In this document: piece by piece, positions 36,589 to 45,759 of the stretch
Position numbering within the stretch: position 1 is the first letter of the stretch
Layout of the letters: each line of letters opens with the position of its first letter
NCBI GenBank assembly: GCA_963699165.1
Contig: OY969413.1
Location: 852,562-916,561, forward strand
Source: Candidatus Kaiserbacteria bacterium
Lineage (GTDB): Bacteria > Patescibacteriota > Minisyncoccia > Phycocordibacterales > Phycocordibacteraceae
Length of the DNA: 64,000 nt
Reading direction: 5' to 3'
Translations under genes and position numbers: made by a program
The notes under the pieces: model-generated
Seen by the model: only the letters and a program-made list of their open reading frames with translations
Told to the model about the DNA's origin: nothing
Database searches by the model: none

Positions 36589-36995
36589 CGTTCAGCAACT
36601 AACAAGAGTTGGTGATTGAACGGTCTGAATCCACGAGGCAATTGTTAGGTGCGTGGAGACGCACTATGCGTCCCGGTAGAGACAAGAACCTCACCAAGGT
36701 TCTGGCTCGCTAAAGCGAGCGTCTCTAACGGGATGCGAAAGACATACTCACGGCGGTCCCGAATAGGAATATTCGGGAAGCAAATCAACTGATATCGGTG
36801 AAATCCAATCTCATTGTGTATGAGAGGACAACACCGAGGGAATTCTTTGCAATCGCAAAGAGACCCGTAGAGACTGAATGTTGATGCTCCAGGCTAAAAC
36901 AATCTCGAAGAGATTGTTCGCCCGAACTTTTGCAACGCAAAAGTTTTAGGGAGTAAGTTACAGTCCGATCCTCCGAGTAATCGGAGTTAACTAGA
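36589..36995 (+). mobile_element. ORF-less group I intron in 23S (position about 2593, I-CreI-type site region)
   Basis: Conserved 23S GGGTTTAGAACGTCGTGAGACAG is split: gggttcaga | about 407 nt | (t)gcgtgagacagg. No ORF. Contains a CCCGTT-palindromic element copy (36671-36733). Confidence 0.6.
36671..36733. repeat. CCCGTT-palindromic element copy inside 23S intron (arms TCCCGGTAGAGACA / GTCTCTAACGGGA + TG)
   Basis: 13-14 bp arms nearly identical to copy 1 (5022-5102), in the same orientation, ending ...aacgggATG. Interior forms two short hairpins (agaacc…ggttct; gctcgc taaa gcgagc). Confidence 0.5.
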
Positions 36996-37050
36996 TGCGT
37001 GAGACAGGTTGGTCTCCTATCTACTACAGGCGTTGATTCTTGAGGAGGGT

Positions 37051-37849
37051 TGTCCCTAGTAAGAAATTGCTACTTCAGAGAGAGATCTCTGATGACAACA
37101 TGGCTTATAACGGTGGAGTCTAATGTGCTTCCGGTTTTAGAGTTTCATATCCCGCGGTCCTGTGGATATTTAACTCGCTTGAGGACCAGAATGCTACTAT
37201 GATAATACCGTGGGAAGTCGACCAAATAAAGTTGCAGATTATGCGTATATTGCGGGCTTCTTGGATGGAGATGGCAGTCTCATGCTCCAAGTAAAGAAAC
37301 GCAATGATTCGACCAAGGGAGTGCGCTTCATGGCGACAATATGTCTGTATCAAGACAGTCGCCACGATGTGCCACTCTCATGGATTCGAACGCGGCTCAA
37401 GTGCGGATACGTTTCTAAACGAAACGATAGTATGACGGAATTGCGCATCAACGGTTTCTCGCAGGTGCGAGAAACTCTAGAGATGCTTCAGCCGTATCTT
37501 CGTTTCAAAAAGAAACAAGCAAGACTCTTGATTCAGGCATGCAAAATGCTCGAGCGAGACACGCTTCGCACTATGAAGCCGAAAAATATACGCAAGATTG
37601 TCGATCTCTTGTTGCTCATACAAAATGAAAACTATATGAGCAAGAGACGAAAGACAAAAGAAGAACTGCATCAGATACTTGGTTTGACCCCGTAACGACT
37701 TAGGTTGAAAGATACCTAGACTCATAGGTTGAGGAATCATTTCTCAGAGAATGACTGCTCCTATGGGTAAGATGCCATCATCCTAACCCCGAATAGCGGA
37801 GAAGGATGAAGATATAGTCTGCGCTCCTGGAAACAGGGGAACGAAGCGA
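37051..37849 (+). mobile_element. group I intron in 23S (between CCTAGTA and CGAGAGGACC, about position 2650s) with LAGLIDADG ORF
   Basis: Conserved CCTAGTACGAGAGGACCGG is split (…gtccctagta | about 800 nt | cgagaggaccgg…). Contains ORF 37210..37695. Confidence 0.7.
37210..37695 (+). CDS. LAGLIDADG homing endonuclease (intron-encoded)
   Basis: YAYIAGFLDGDGSLMLQV motif; 161 aa (single-motif size). Confidence 0.8.
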   Translation: MGSRPNKVADYAYIAGFLDGDGSLMLQVKKRNDSTKGVRFMATICLYQDSRHDVPLSWIRTRLKCGYVSKRNDSMTELRINGFSQVRETLEMLQPYLRFKKKQARLLIQACKMLERDTLRTMKPKNIRKIVDLLLLIQNENYMSKRRKTKEELHQILGLTP

Positions 37850-38219
37850 CGAGAGGACCGGGATGAACTGACCTCTGGTCTACCAGCTGTCCTGCCAAGG
37901 GCACCGCTGGGTAGCTATGTCGGGTTGCGATAACCGCTGAAAGCATATAAGCGGGAAACGTGCTCCAAGATTAGGAATCGTTATGAGACACCTCGGAGAT
38001 GACGAGGTTGATAGGCTCTAGATGGAAGCGCCGCAAGGCGTGGAGTCGAGGAGTACTAATATGTCCAGTCTCTCGTGCGGAACTCTGTATATCAGTCATT
38101 CGTTCGCACTCGGGCGAACGGTTTGCAAAACAAACCGTTGTAGCCGCTTTGTTTTTCAATACCAATGATTTATCGTAGCGTCGAACATGTAAGTGTTCGG
38201 TTCCAATTGTGTGCTTTGT

Positions 38220-38334
38220 GCTGGTGCTTTGGCGGTGGGGTCATACCCGATCTCATTCCGAACTCGGCAGTCAAGCCCGCTAGCGCCGATGGTACTCATC
38301 GTTACAGATGGGGAGAGTAGGTAGGCGCCAGCAC
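38220..38334 (+). rRNA. rrf: 5S rRNA
   Basis: gctggtgctttggcggtggggtcatacccgatctcattccgaactcggcagtcaagcccgctagcgccgatggtactc…gcgccagcac: closing helix 1 and conserved loop C/E motifs. Lies about 130 nt after the 23S 3' end. Confidence 0.85.
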
Positions 38335-38403
38335 AAAGCACGCAATGAGCGGAATCGAATATGTAAACAAAATAACCGCGTTATGCGCGGTTATTTTGTT
38401 ACA

Positions 38404-38922
38404 ATGACCGCTATGCTCACGGAGGGGAATCTCAAATATCTTCAAACAATATCTGACGTCGATATTGTTCACGTTGCGCCATTTGACCCGGGTACTCAAA
38501 AGACGGCTGCAAGCATTATGTCTCAAGTTCGGCAGGCCATACCAACGGCAAAGATATTTTATTTTGGTTCATCCGCACTGGGCATCGCAGGAGAAAACGA
38601 TATCGATCTTGGTGTTATTGATGCCGGCGAATACGGGTCCTGTGGAAGGATGTTGCAAGGCATCTTTGGAGAACCGATAAAAGTTGATGAGAAGCAAAAC
38701 ACAATCAGGTGGGAATTTGTGCGGTCTGGATTTACCATTGAACTGTTTCTTTCTGATGTTTTGGCCGGAAGAATCCTGGAGCACATTAATACTCATGAGC
38801 GTTTGGTGACGGACGAAAATCTGCGGAACGCGTACGAAAAGTTAAAACAAGCAGCCGACGGATTGTCGAAACGCGAGTATATGAAGCGCAAACTTGAATT
38901 TTTTAATACGCTTGCACTATAA
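38404..38922 (+). CDS. nucleotidyltransferase-fold protein (GrpB / minimal NTase-like)
   Basis: GSSALGIAGENDIDLGV (G[SG]…D.D NTase motif) plus a C-terminal helical part. Start chosen at 38404 to avoid overlap with the 5S. Confidence 0.45.
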   Translation: MTAMLTEGNLKYLQTISDVDIVHVAPFDPGTQKTAASIMSQVRQAIPTAKIFYFGSSALGIAGENDIDLGVIDAGEYGSCGRMLQGIFGEPIKVDEKQNTIRWEFVRSGFTIELFLSDVLAGRILEHINTHERLVTDENLRNAYEKLKQAADGLSKREYMKRKLEFFNTLAL

Positions 38923-39026
38923 GCATATTGCGCGCGTCAGGAGGGTTCGGTATCATCGTCCTTGGTATTTACACTTCGTTAGTACCTGTCCCTGCCCCAT
39001 CGGGCAGATACACTTTGTGGCGTCGT

Positions 39027-39100
39027 CGGGATGTGGCTCAGCTTGGTAGAGCGCCTGCCCCGGATGCAGGAGGTCGGTGGTTCAAATCCACTCATCCCGA
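39027..39100 (+). tRNA. tRNA-Pro (anticodon CGG)
   Basis: Cloverleaf: acceptor cgggatg/catcccg, D-arm gctcagcttggtagagc, anticodon stem cctgc/gcagg with loop ccCGGat (C at position 33 if folded canonically), T-arm ggtggTTCAAATccact. No encoded CCA. Confidence 0.75.
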
Positions 39101-39109
39101 GGAGTTTGT

Positions 39110-39136
39110 GGCCGCGCGTCTTCGCGCGGCGTTTTT
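39110..39136 (+). terminator. rho-independent terminator after tRNA-Pro
   Basis: gccgcgcgtc ttc gcgcgcggc gttttt. Confidence 0.65.
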
Positions 39137-39178
39137 CATTCACTACCAACTCTTCCCGACACGCTATATACTATTCGC

Positions 39179-39946
39179 ATGTCCTGGGCAACGAAGCGGC
39201 GGCTTTTCATTCTGCTTATCATCGGAAGCGTTGTCGCCGCATTCCTTGCCGTCGTGCTCATTGCGACATTTTATAAATCCCCGTCATGCAGCGACGGCGT
39301 CCAGAACCAGGGCGAGACCGGCATTGATTGCGGCGGCCCTTGTCCGTATCGGTGTGCCCTTGATGAACAGCCGCCGGTGGTCCTGTTTACGCAGGTGCTT
39401 CCGAACAACGGCCGCACCGATATCATCGCATCGGTTGAAAACAAAAACATCGATGCGGCGGCAAAAGACGTTCCGTACACCATCGCGCTCTATGACGCGA
39501 ATCATGCGCATCTCCGCGATATTTCCGGAATGTTTGATTTGCCCGCGGCGCAATCGGTGCCGATATTCGTACCAAACGTATTTGCGGACACGCAGATTGT
39601 CGTCGCGAGCGCGTTTCTTACCGTCGATCCGTCCGCGCCGAAATGGTTTTCGATGACGAACGACCCGCGCATTGTTCCGAGCGTTTCGAATATAACCCAA
39701 ACGGGAACGGCTGCCGCTCCGCGCATAGAAGCCGTACTCTCAAATCCGAGCGCAACGCTGTTGAACGACGTATTGACGATTGTCGTCGTGAAAGATATGC
39801 AAGGCAACGTTATTGCGGCATCGCAAACGATTGTTCCCCTGATACCGGCACAAGGCCAGGCGACCGCGACGTTTACCTGGAACGGAGCATTTTCAACCAC
39901 GACGGCCTCGATTCAAGTTACTCCTATCATTCCGTTTCCCGATTAG
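39179..39946 (+). CDS. secreted/membrane-anchored hypothetical protein (Cys-rich stalk, beta-rich C-term)
   Basis: N-terminal TM (RRLFILLIIGSVVAAFLAVVLIATF), CxDGxxNxGExGIDCGGPCPYRC motif, then a T/S/V-rich domain. Start at the ATG at 39179. Confidence 0.5.
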   Translation: MSWATKRRLFILLIIGSVVAAFLAVVLIATFYKSPSCSDGVQNQGETGIDCGGPCPYRCALDEQPPVVLFTQVLPNNGRTDIIASVENKNIDAAAKDVPYTIALYDANHAHLRDISGMFDLPAAQSVPIFVPNVFADTQIVVASAFLTVDPSAPKWFSMTNDPRIVPSVSNITQTGTAAAPRIEAVLSNPSATLLNDVLTIVVVKDMQGNVIAASQTIVPLIPAQGQATATFTWNGAFSTTTASIQVTPIIPFPD

Positions 39947-39962
39947 TTCGGCGGGTACCAGT

Positions 39963-41099
39963 ATGGCTGCATATTCTTCGCTCGCGCGCCCACGGTTCTT
40001 TTTTGATTGGACGCTTGTCGCGCCGGCAATTGCGCTTTCGCTCATCGGCGTTTTGACGATGAACACGTTCGGGCAGGGAGCTTCGCTTGCGCCGCGGCAG
40101 CTGATGTGGCTCGCCGTCGCGTTCGTTGTGTACTTCGGATTTTCAAAAATCGATATGCGCTTTCTTCGCCGCACGCCTGTCATCATGACGCTATATGCGT
40201 CTTCGGTCGTGCTGCTCTTGCTTGTGCTCGTTGTCGCGCATCCCGTCATGGGCGCGCGCGCGTGGTTTACGCTCGGGCCGGTTTCTTTTCAGCCGGCCGA
40301 CCTCGCAAAGCTCGCGCTCATTGCACTCCTGGCGAAATATTTATCGCGCCGACATGTTGAAATAGGGGATTTCAGGCACATCATCGTTTCCGGCGCGTAT
40401 ACGCTTACGCTGCTGCTCCTCATTCTTATCGAGCCGGATTTGGGGAATGCCATTATTTTCGGATGTCTCTGGCTCGGTATGATGCTCGTGTCCGGCATTT
40501 CAAAAAAACATCTTTTGCTTCTCGGCATCGCGGGATGCATCATCGCTTCTCTGCTCTGGTTTGGGGGATTGAAGCCGTACCAGCGGGAACGAATCGTCTC
40601 TTTTGTGAATCCGGCGAGCGACATCCACGGCGCGGGTTACAACGCGTATCAGGCGCAGATTGCCGTGGGTTCGGGGCAAATGCTGGGTAAGGGCATCGGC
40701 TACGGCACGCAATCGAAGCTGCGTTTTCTGCCGGAGTACCAGACCGATTTTATTTTCGCAGCATTTGCGGAGGAGTGGGGATTCATCGGCGTGCTGCTGT
40801 TATTAACGGTATACGCGCTTTTGTTCCTGCGGCTTGCGCAAATTGCCCGCGCATCAGCGACGAATTTCGATGCCTTTTTCACGCTCGGCGTATTGATTCT
40901 GTTTGCCGCGCACGTGGCGATACATGTCGGCATCAGTTTGGGGCTGCTGCCCGTCACGGGCACGACGATTCCGTTTATGAGTTCCGGGGGCTCGCATCTT
41001 GTGCTTGAATTCGGCGCGCTCGGCATTGTTACGTCGCTTGCACGGCACGGACGTGCCGCCGCACGCGACGTGAGCGCAAACGAATATTCAGGCGGCTAA
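39963..41099 (+). CDS. SEDS family peptidoglycan glycosyltransferase (RodA/FtsW)
   Basis: 10 TM helices, conserved …RERIVSFVNPASDIHGAGYNAYQAQIAVGSGQMLGKGIGYGTQSKLRFLPEYQTDFIFAAFAEEWGFIG… and …GLLPVTGTTIPFMSSGGSHLV…. Confidence 0.85.
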   Translation: MAAYSSLARPRFFFDWTLVAPAIALSLIGVLTMNTFGQGASLAPRQLMWLAVAFVVYFGFSKIDMRFLRRTPVIMTLYASSVVLLLLVLVVAHPVMGARAWFTLGPVSFQPADLAKLALIALLAKYLSRRHVEIGDFRHIIVSGAYTLTLLLLILIEPDLGNAIIFGCLWLGMMLVSGISKKHLLLLGIAGCIIASLLWFGGLKPYQRERIVSFVNPASDIHGAGYNAYQAQIAVGSGQMLGKGIGYGTQSKLRFLPEYQTDFIFAAFAEEWGFIGVLLLLTVYALLFLRLAQIARASATNFDAFFTLGVLILFAAHVAIHVGISLGLLPVTGTTIPFMSSGGSHLVLEFGALGIVTSLARHGRAAARDVSANEYSGG

Positions 41100-41147
41100 A
41101 ACATTTCTGTGAAATGTTCGACCGACGGCCCGTCGGGCCGTTTAGGG

Positions 41148-42134
41148 TTACCGATAGACGGCAATCGTATTTTTCACCATTGCTTCAAGCGAGAAGTCGC
41201 GCATGTCTTTTGCATCTAAAATTTCACCGACGCCGCCGACGCGATTGGCGACGATTGGGAGTCCCGCCATGCGCGCCTCTATAAGCACATAGGGCAAACC
41301 TTCCTTGAGGGAGGGTAGCGCGAACGTATCGAATCCCCGCAACACATCGGCCGCAGGCATAAATCCAAACAGCTTGACTCTGTCGCGGAGTCCGTAGTCG
41401 GCGATTTTTTTTGTTAAATACGCGCGGTCTTCGCCTTCGCCGACAATAGCGACAAACATTCGCGGATTATTCTTCGCCTGTTCGATAAGTTCGATTTGAT
41501 TTTTATTTTTCGTAAGTTCGCCGATGGTTCCGGTAATGCGGGCTCCTTTTGGAAACGCGTCGCGGATATTTTCGCCCGAACCGAGCGGCGGAAGTTCGAT
41601 GCCGTTGTAAATAAGATGCATCTTATGAGCACAAAAGGGAAGACGTTTACCGATCCGCAAATCATCTTTCGAGACGACGATGACATCATGCGAGAGAAGC
41701 GCCGTTGCCCATGAGCCAAAGAATGCAAACGCCAGCCAAGCGATGCCTCGGTGTTCCTTAAACGGCCAGCCGTGCGCGGTGAAAATTATTTGCGGCACAC
41801 GGGCGATGCGCGCCGCGAGCGCGCCGAGACCCGCGGCTTTCGATGAATTCAGATGCACTATGTCGGGATGTTCCTTTCTGAAAAACCGAATGAGTTCAAA
41901 AAAACTTTTTACGTCGCTTGCGAATGAAATATCCCGCTGCAGTGCTCGAATCGGAAATGTAGAAACGCCGGCCTCCCGCAGTTTTTCGGCAAGAAGACCC
42001 TCCTGCCCAAACGCCACCACCGTGTCGAACTCGTCCCGAATTCCCGTCGCCAGATCAAAGACATACCGCTGGGCTCCGCCCCAGTTGGCCTTGGTGATGA
42101 CGAACAGGATTTTTTTACGGGCGCCGGCGCTCAT
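41148..42134 (-). CDS. glycosyltransferase family 4 (GT-B, group 1)
   Basis: N-terminal …KILFVITKANWGGAQRYVFDLATG… and C-terminal EX7E-type region (…PSLKEGLPYVLIEARMAGLPIVANRVGGV…). Confidence 0.7.
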   Translation of the reverse strand: MSAGARKKILFVITKANWGGAQRYVFDLATGIRDEFDTVVAFGQEGLLAEKLREAGVSTFPIRALQRDISFASDVKSFFELIRFFRKEHPDIVHLNSSKAAGLGALAARIARVPQIIFTAHGWPFKEHRGIAWLAFAFFGSWATALLSHDVIVVSKDDLRIGKRLPFCAHKMHLIYNGIELPPLGSGENIRDAFPKGARITGTIGELTKNKNQIELIEQAKNNPRMFVAIVGEGEDRAYLTKKIADYGLRDRVKLFGFMPAADVLRGFDTFALPSLKEGLPYVLIEARMAGLPIVANRVGGVGEILDAKDMRDFSLEAMVKNTIAVYR

Positions 42135-42179
42135 GAGTGCAACTGTACAATATATTTCCGCGTTATAGTATCTGTACCT

Positions 42180-43517
42180 ATGGCATTCGATAGCCGCGAA
42201 ACGACCATTCTTCTCGTAGGAGATTTTTTCATATTGATGGCGTCTTTGTGGATTGCCCTTCTTATCCGTAACCTCTCCATACCTTCCTATGGTTACTTTG
42301 CGTCAAATGCGGTCCCGTTCTTGCCGATGTTTCTGCTGTCATTGGTCGTGTTTTATGTCGCCGGTTTGTACGAGAAACAGACGCGCCCGATTCGGCGCGT
42401 GATGGGTGTGCGTATCTTGGGCGCGCAGGCCGCGACCGTCGCCATTACCGCCATACTCTTTTTTGTTCTGCCCCTTTCCATCGCTCCGAAAGTTATTCTC
42501 ATGCTGTACCTCGCCGTTTCGGTTGTGGCCGAAAGCGTATGGCGATTCAACCGCATGACCTACGAAATGAAAGCGAACAATCGCGTGTCTGCGCTCCTCA
42601 TCGGCTCGGGTCCGGCAGCCGACGAGTTGTTCGACGAGGTGAACGGCAATGACCGATTCCTCATCCGGTTTGTGCAGCATATCGAAACGGACGATTTAAC
42701 GGAGGGCCGCATGGTTGCGGCTATCGCGTCGGGGATTGCGGAGGGTGCGCGCATTGTAGTTGTCGACGCATTGCATCCCGTCATCGCGCGCAGCGCATCA
42801 AAATTCAACGAACTTATGACGAGCGACGTGACGTTTCGGGATTTCGAAGCGCTGTATGAAGAAATTTTCGACCGCGTGCCGCTCAAGCATCTTGACCCGA
42901 TTCAGCTGCTCGAGTCGCTCCCGCGCCGCCGCGGTTTTTACGACACGATTAAACGCCTTTTTGACATCTTGCTTGTGCTCGTTGCATGCGTCATTGCCGT
43001 CCCGTTGGTAGCGATTTCGGTCTTGCTATTGCTTATGACCGGCGGACGCCCGTTCATTTTCAACGAGCGCATCGGGAAAAGCGGACGGCATTTCCGCATC
43101 GTGAAGTTGCGCACGATGCTGCTTAACGATCATGGCGATCCGGAATTGCAAAAGAGAAATCGCGTGACCGTGCTCGGCGCGGTTTTGCGCAGGACGCGCA
43201 TCGATGAACTGCCGCAACTATGGAATGTGCTTGCGGGCGATTTGTCGTTCATCGGGCCGCGTCCGGAGCTGCCGAAAATCGCCGAAGTGTACGAGCGCGA
43301 AATTCCGCAGTACCGCATGCGCTACCTTATAGCGCCGGGGCTTTCCGGCTGGGCGCAAATTCATGATGCGGATGCGCCGCGCGGTCCGGCGGATGTTTTG
43401 CGCACGAAGCGCAAACTGTCGTTCGATTTGTATTATCTCAAGCATCGGTCAGCCGGTCTCGACCTTGCCATCGCTTTCAAGACATTTCGGACGCTGCTCT
43501 CATTTTCCGGAACATGA
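42180..43517 (+). CDS. polyprenyl-phosphate glycosyl-1-phosphate transferase (bacterial sugar transferase, WbaP/PssY-like)
   Basis: N-terminal TM helices plus C-terminal catalytic domain (…RIVKLRTMLLNDHGDPE…DELPQLWNVLAGDLSFIGPRPELP…AQIHDAD…). Confidence 0.75.
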   Translation: MAFDSRETTILLVGDFFILMASLWIALLIRNLSIPSYGYFASNAVPFLPMFLLSLVVFYVAGLYEKQTRPIRRVMGVRILGAQAATVAITAILFFVLPLSIAPKVILMLYLAVSVVAESVWRFNRMTYEMKANNRVSALLIGSGPAADELFDEVNGNDRFLIRFVQHIETDDLTEGRMVAAIASGIAEGARIVVVDALHPVIARSASKFNELMTSDVTFRDFEALYEEIFDRVPLKHLDPIQLLESLPRRRGFYDTIKRLFDILLVLVACVIAVPLVAISVLLLLMTGGRPFIFNERIGKSGRHFRIVKLRTMLLNDHGDPELQKRNRVTVLGAVLRRTRIDELPQLWNVLAGDLSFIGPRPELPKIAEVYEREIPQYRMRYLIAPGLSGWAQIHDADAPRGPADVLRTKRKLSFDLYYLKHRSAGLDLAIAFKTFRTLLSFSGT

Positions 43518-44335
43518 TTGTCGATGGACGAGCAATTGCGACAGAGATTCTGGTGCGCGCGAAAGCGCGGGCTGCCGCGCTTTCGCGCGCGCCGCGCGTG
43601 CTCGCAATTGTCGCGAATGAAACTCCCGCCACAAAATCCTACCTGTCTATAAAAGGGAAGCGCGCGGTGGATGCCGGATGCACGCTCGACATTTTGCGGT
43701 TTCCGGAAGATACCAGCACGGCGGCGCTTCGCGCCGCCGTGCTTTCCGCGGACGCTGACGCCATCATCGTTCAGCTCCCGTTGCCAATCGGCGTCGACAC
43801 GAGAGAAGTGTGCAATGCCATTCCGGTTGGGAAAGACGCCGATGTGCTTTCTGTCGGCGCGCGCGCAATTTTCGAGTCCGATGCAGAAGGTGCGCTTCTC
43901 CCTCCGGTGGTTGGCGCCGTTGATGAAATCTTCAAACGAAACGGCGTTGTCGTAGCAGGCAAAAATGCTGTCGTCATCGGAGCGGGATTTCTTGTCGGCG
44001 TTCCGGTTGCAAATTGGCTTCTCGCACAGGGCGCGCACGTCGACGTGGTAACGAGTGCGTCGGGAAATATGACGGAACTTCTGAGAACAGTCGATATCGT
44101 TGTCTCCGGCGCCGGCTCTCCGCACTTGATTAAACCGAGTATGCTTACGCCGGGAGTCATTTTGATTGATGCGGCGACCAGCGAATCGAACGGCATCATC
44201 GTCGGCGACATCGATCCCGCCTGCGCCGAAATCGCCTCGCTTTTCACACCCGTTCCGGGCGGCGTCGGCCCAATCGCCGTTGCTCTTCTTTTTGAAAACA
44301 CCGTAACGCTTGCGGAAAGGACAACGAATTCATAA
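43514..44335 (+). CDS. folD: bifunctional methylenetetrahydrofolate dehydrogenase/cyclohydrolase
   Basis: MIVDGRAIATEIL…LAIVANETPATKSYLSIKGKRAVDAGC…IVQLPLP…GAGFLVGVPVANWL… typical FolD. Start overlaps the previous stop (ATGA). Confidence 0.85.
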   Translation: MIVDGRAIATEILVRAKARAAALSRAPRVLAIVANETPATKSYLSIKGKRAVDAGCTLDILRFPEDTSTAALRAAVLSADADAIIVQLPLPIGVDTREVCNAIPVGKDADVLSVGARAIFESDAEGALLPPVVGAVDEIFKRNGVVVAGKNAVVIGAGFLVGVPVANWLLAQGAHVDVVTSASGNMTELLRTVDIVVSGAGSPHLIKPSMLTPGVILIDAATSESNGIIVGDIDPACAEIASLFTPVPGGVGPIAVALLFENTVTLAERTTNS

Positions 44336-44408
44336 AACCGCACGGCTTTGCTTTTCTTCATTTAGTTTACCCAGCACGGAAGGCGTTTTGGCAAGTCCAA
44401 GCCGCTCG

Positions 44409-44438
44409 TTGCAAAATCTTGAGTGCTGGGTATATAAT
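44409..44438 (+). promoter_or_regulatory. sigma70-like promoter (TTGCAA -18- TATAAT) for secDF; implies a leaderless transcript
   Basis: TTGCAA at 44409-44414, TATAAT at 44433-44438. The predicted TSS about 7 nt downstream coincides with the secD ATG at 44446. Confidence 0.45.
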
Positions 44439-44445
44439 CCTCCTA

Positions 44446-45756
44446 ATGGCTCGCTATCGAGTGTTTGCAGCAATTGCCCTTATCGCGGGCTTTTTGCTTG
44501 CATATTTCATCTGGTCAACGGAAGCAATTCCGGGAAGCCCGTACCATTTCAAACTCGGCCTTGACCTTGCCGGAGGCACGGAGCTCGTCTACACGGCAGA
44601 CATGTCGCATACGCCTTCGGGCGAACGCTCCGATGCGCTTTCGGCGCTTCAGGGCGTCATTGAACGCCGCGTGAACCTTTTCGGCGTCGCGGAGCCGCTT
44701 GTACAAACAGAGCAGGCGAGCGCGCTTTCAGGCACGACGGAAGACCGGCTCATCGTCGACTTGCCGGGCGTGACCGATGTGAAGGCGGCCGTCGCGGCGC
44801 TCGGACAGACGCCGACGCTTGAATTTCGTCTGGCTACCACCACCACGGTCGGGACGACAACTCAAACGGTATTCACGTCGACCGGGCTCGACGGCCGGTA
44901 TCTCACGAGCGCGACGCTTGGCTTTGGTTCCGGTGCAACGGCGGGACTTTCGGAGCCGCAGGTGATTCTCAATTTCAATAGTGCGGGCGCAACCCTTTTT
45001 GAAAAAATTACGAGTGAAAACGTTGGGCGCACGCTTGCGATTTTCCTAGACGGCCAGCCGATTTCAGAACCGACCATTCAAGAAGCGATTCCCGGCGGAC
45101 AGGCGACTATCACGGGTCACTTTACTGCCGCAGAGGCGCGCGATTTGGTGCGTAACCTGAACTTTGGCGCGCTTCCGGTTCCGATTACTCTTGAGAGCAG
45201 TTCGGCAGTCGGCCCGACGCTTGGCGCCGCCGCGATTTCCGCGGGCGTGGTTGCCGGCATTATCGGGTTCCTCATTGTCGCTCTCTTCATGATTGTTTGG
45301 TACCGCCTGCCGGGTGTTATCGCCGCAGTCGCTCTCACCGAATATCTCGCCTTCATCCTTTCAATCATCAAAGTGATTCCGGTAACACTGACGGCGTCCG
45401 GCATTGCGGGTCTCATTATTTCCGTCGGTATGGCGGTCGACGCAAACGTGCTTATCTTTGAGCGCACGAAAGAAGAATTGCGCGACGGCAAAGGGCCGCG
45501 CGAAGCGGTGCACATCGGTTTCGGTCGAGCATGGCCGGCGATTCGCGACGGACACCTCACGATGCTCATTTCCGGCGTGATTCTTTTCTGGCTCGGCACG
45601 AGCATCGTGCAGGGTTTTGCGCTCGTCTTCGTGCTCGGCGTTCTTCTCTCCTTCATTTCCGCCGTGTCGCTCTCGCGCGTCTTCCTGCTTGCGATTGTGC
45701 CGGAAGAGAAATCAAACGTGTGGAAAAATCTTCTCACGTCCGGCTTCACCAAATAA
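44446..45756 (+). CDS. secD: protein-export membrane protein SecD
   Basis: N-terminal TM (MARYRVFAAIALIAGFLLAYFIW), periplasmic P1 domain, C-terminal 5 TM with …LDLAGGTELVY… and …GMAVDANVLIFERTKEEL…. The ATG at 44446 is preferred to 44419, which lies inside the promoter -35. Confidence 0.85.
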   Translation: MARYRVFAAIALIAGFLLAYFIWSTEAIPGSPYHFKLGLDLAGGTELVYTADMSHTPSGERSDALSALQGVIERRVNLFGVAEPLVQTEQASALSGTTEDRLIVDLPGVTDVKAAVAALGQTPTLEFRLATTTTVGTTTQTVFTSTGLDGRYLTSATLGFGSGATAGLSEPQVILNFNSAGATLFEKITSENVGRTLAIFLDGQPISEPTIQEAIPGGQATITGHFTAAEARDLVRNLNFGALPVPITLESSSAVGPTLGAAAISAGVVAGIIGFLIVALFMIVWYRLPGVIAAVALTEYLAFILSIIKVIPVTLTASGIAGLIISVGMAVDANVLIFERTKEELRDGKGPREAVHIGFGRAWPAIRDGHLTMLISGVILFWLGTSIVQGFALVFVLGVLLSFISAVSLSRVFLLAIVPEEKSNVWKNLLTSGFTK

Positions 45757-45759
45757 ATT

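Noticed and set aside
38928-39656. + strand 242-aa ORF spanning the tRNA-Pro and the 5' part of the secreted-protein gene
   Set aside because: It runs through a well-formed tRNA and two terminators. It is in a different frame from the convincing signal-peptide protein starting at 39179.
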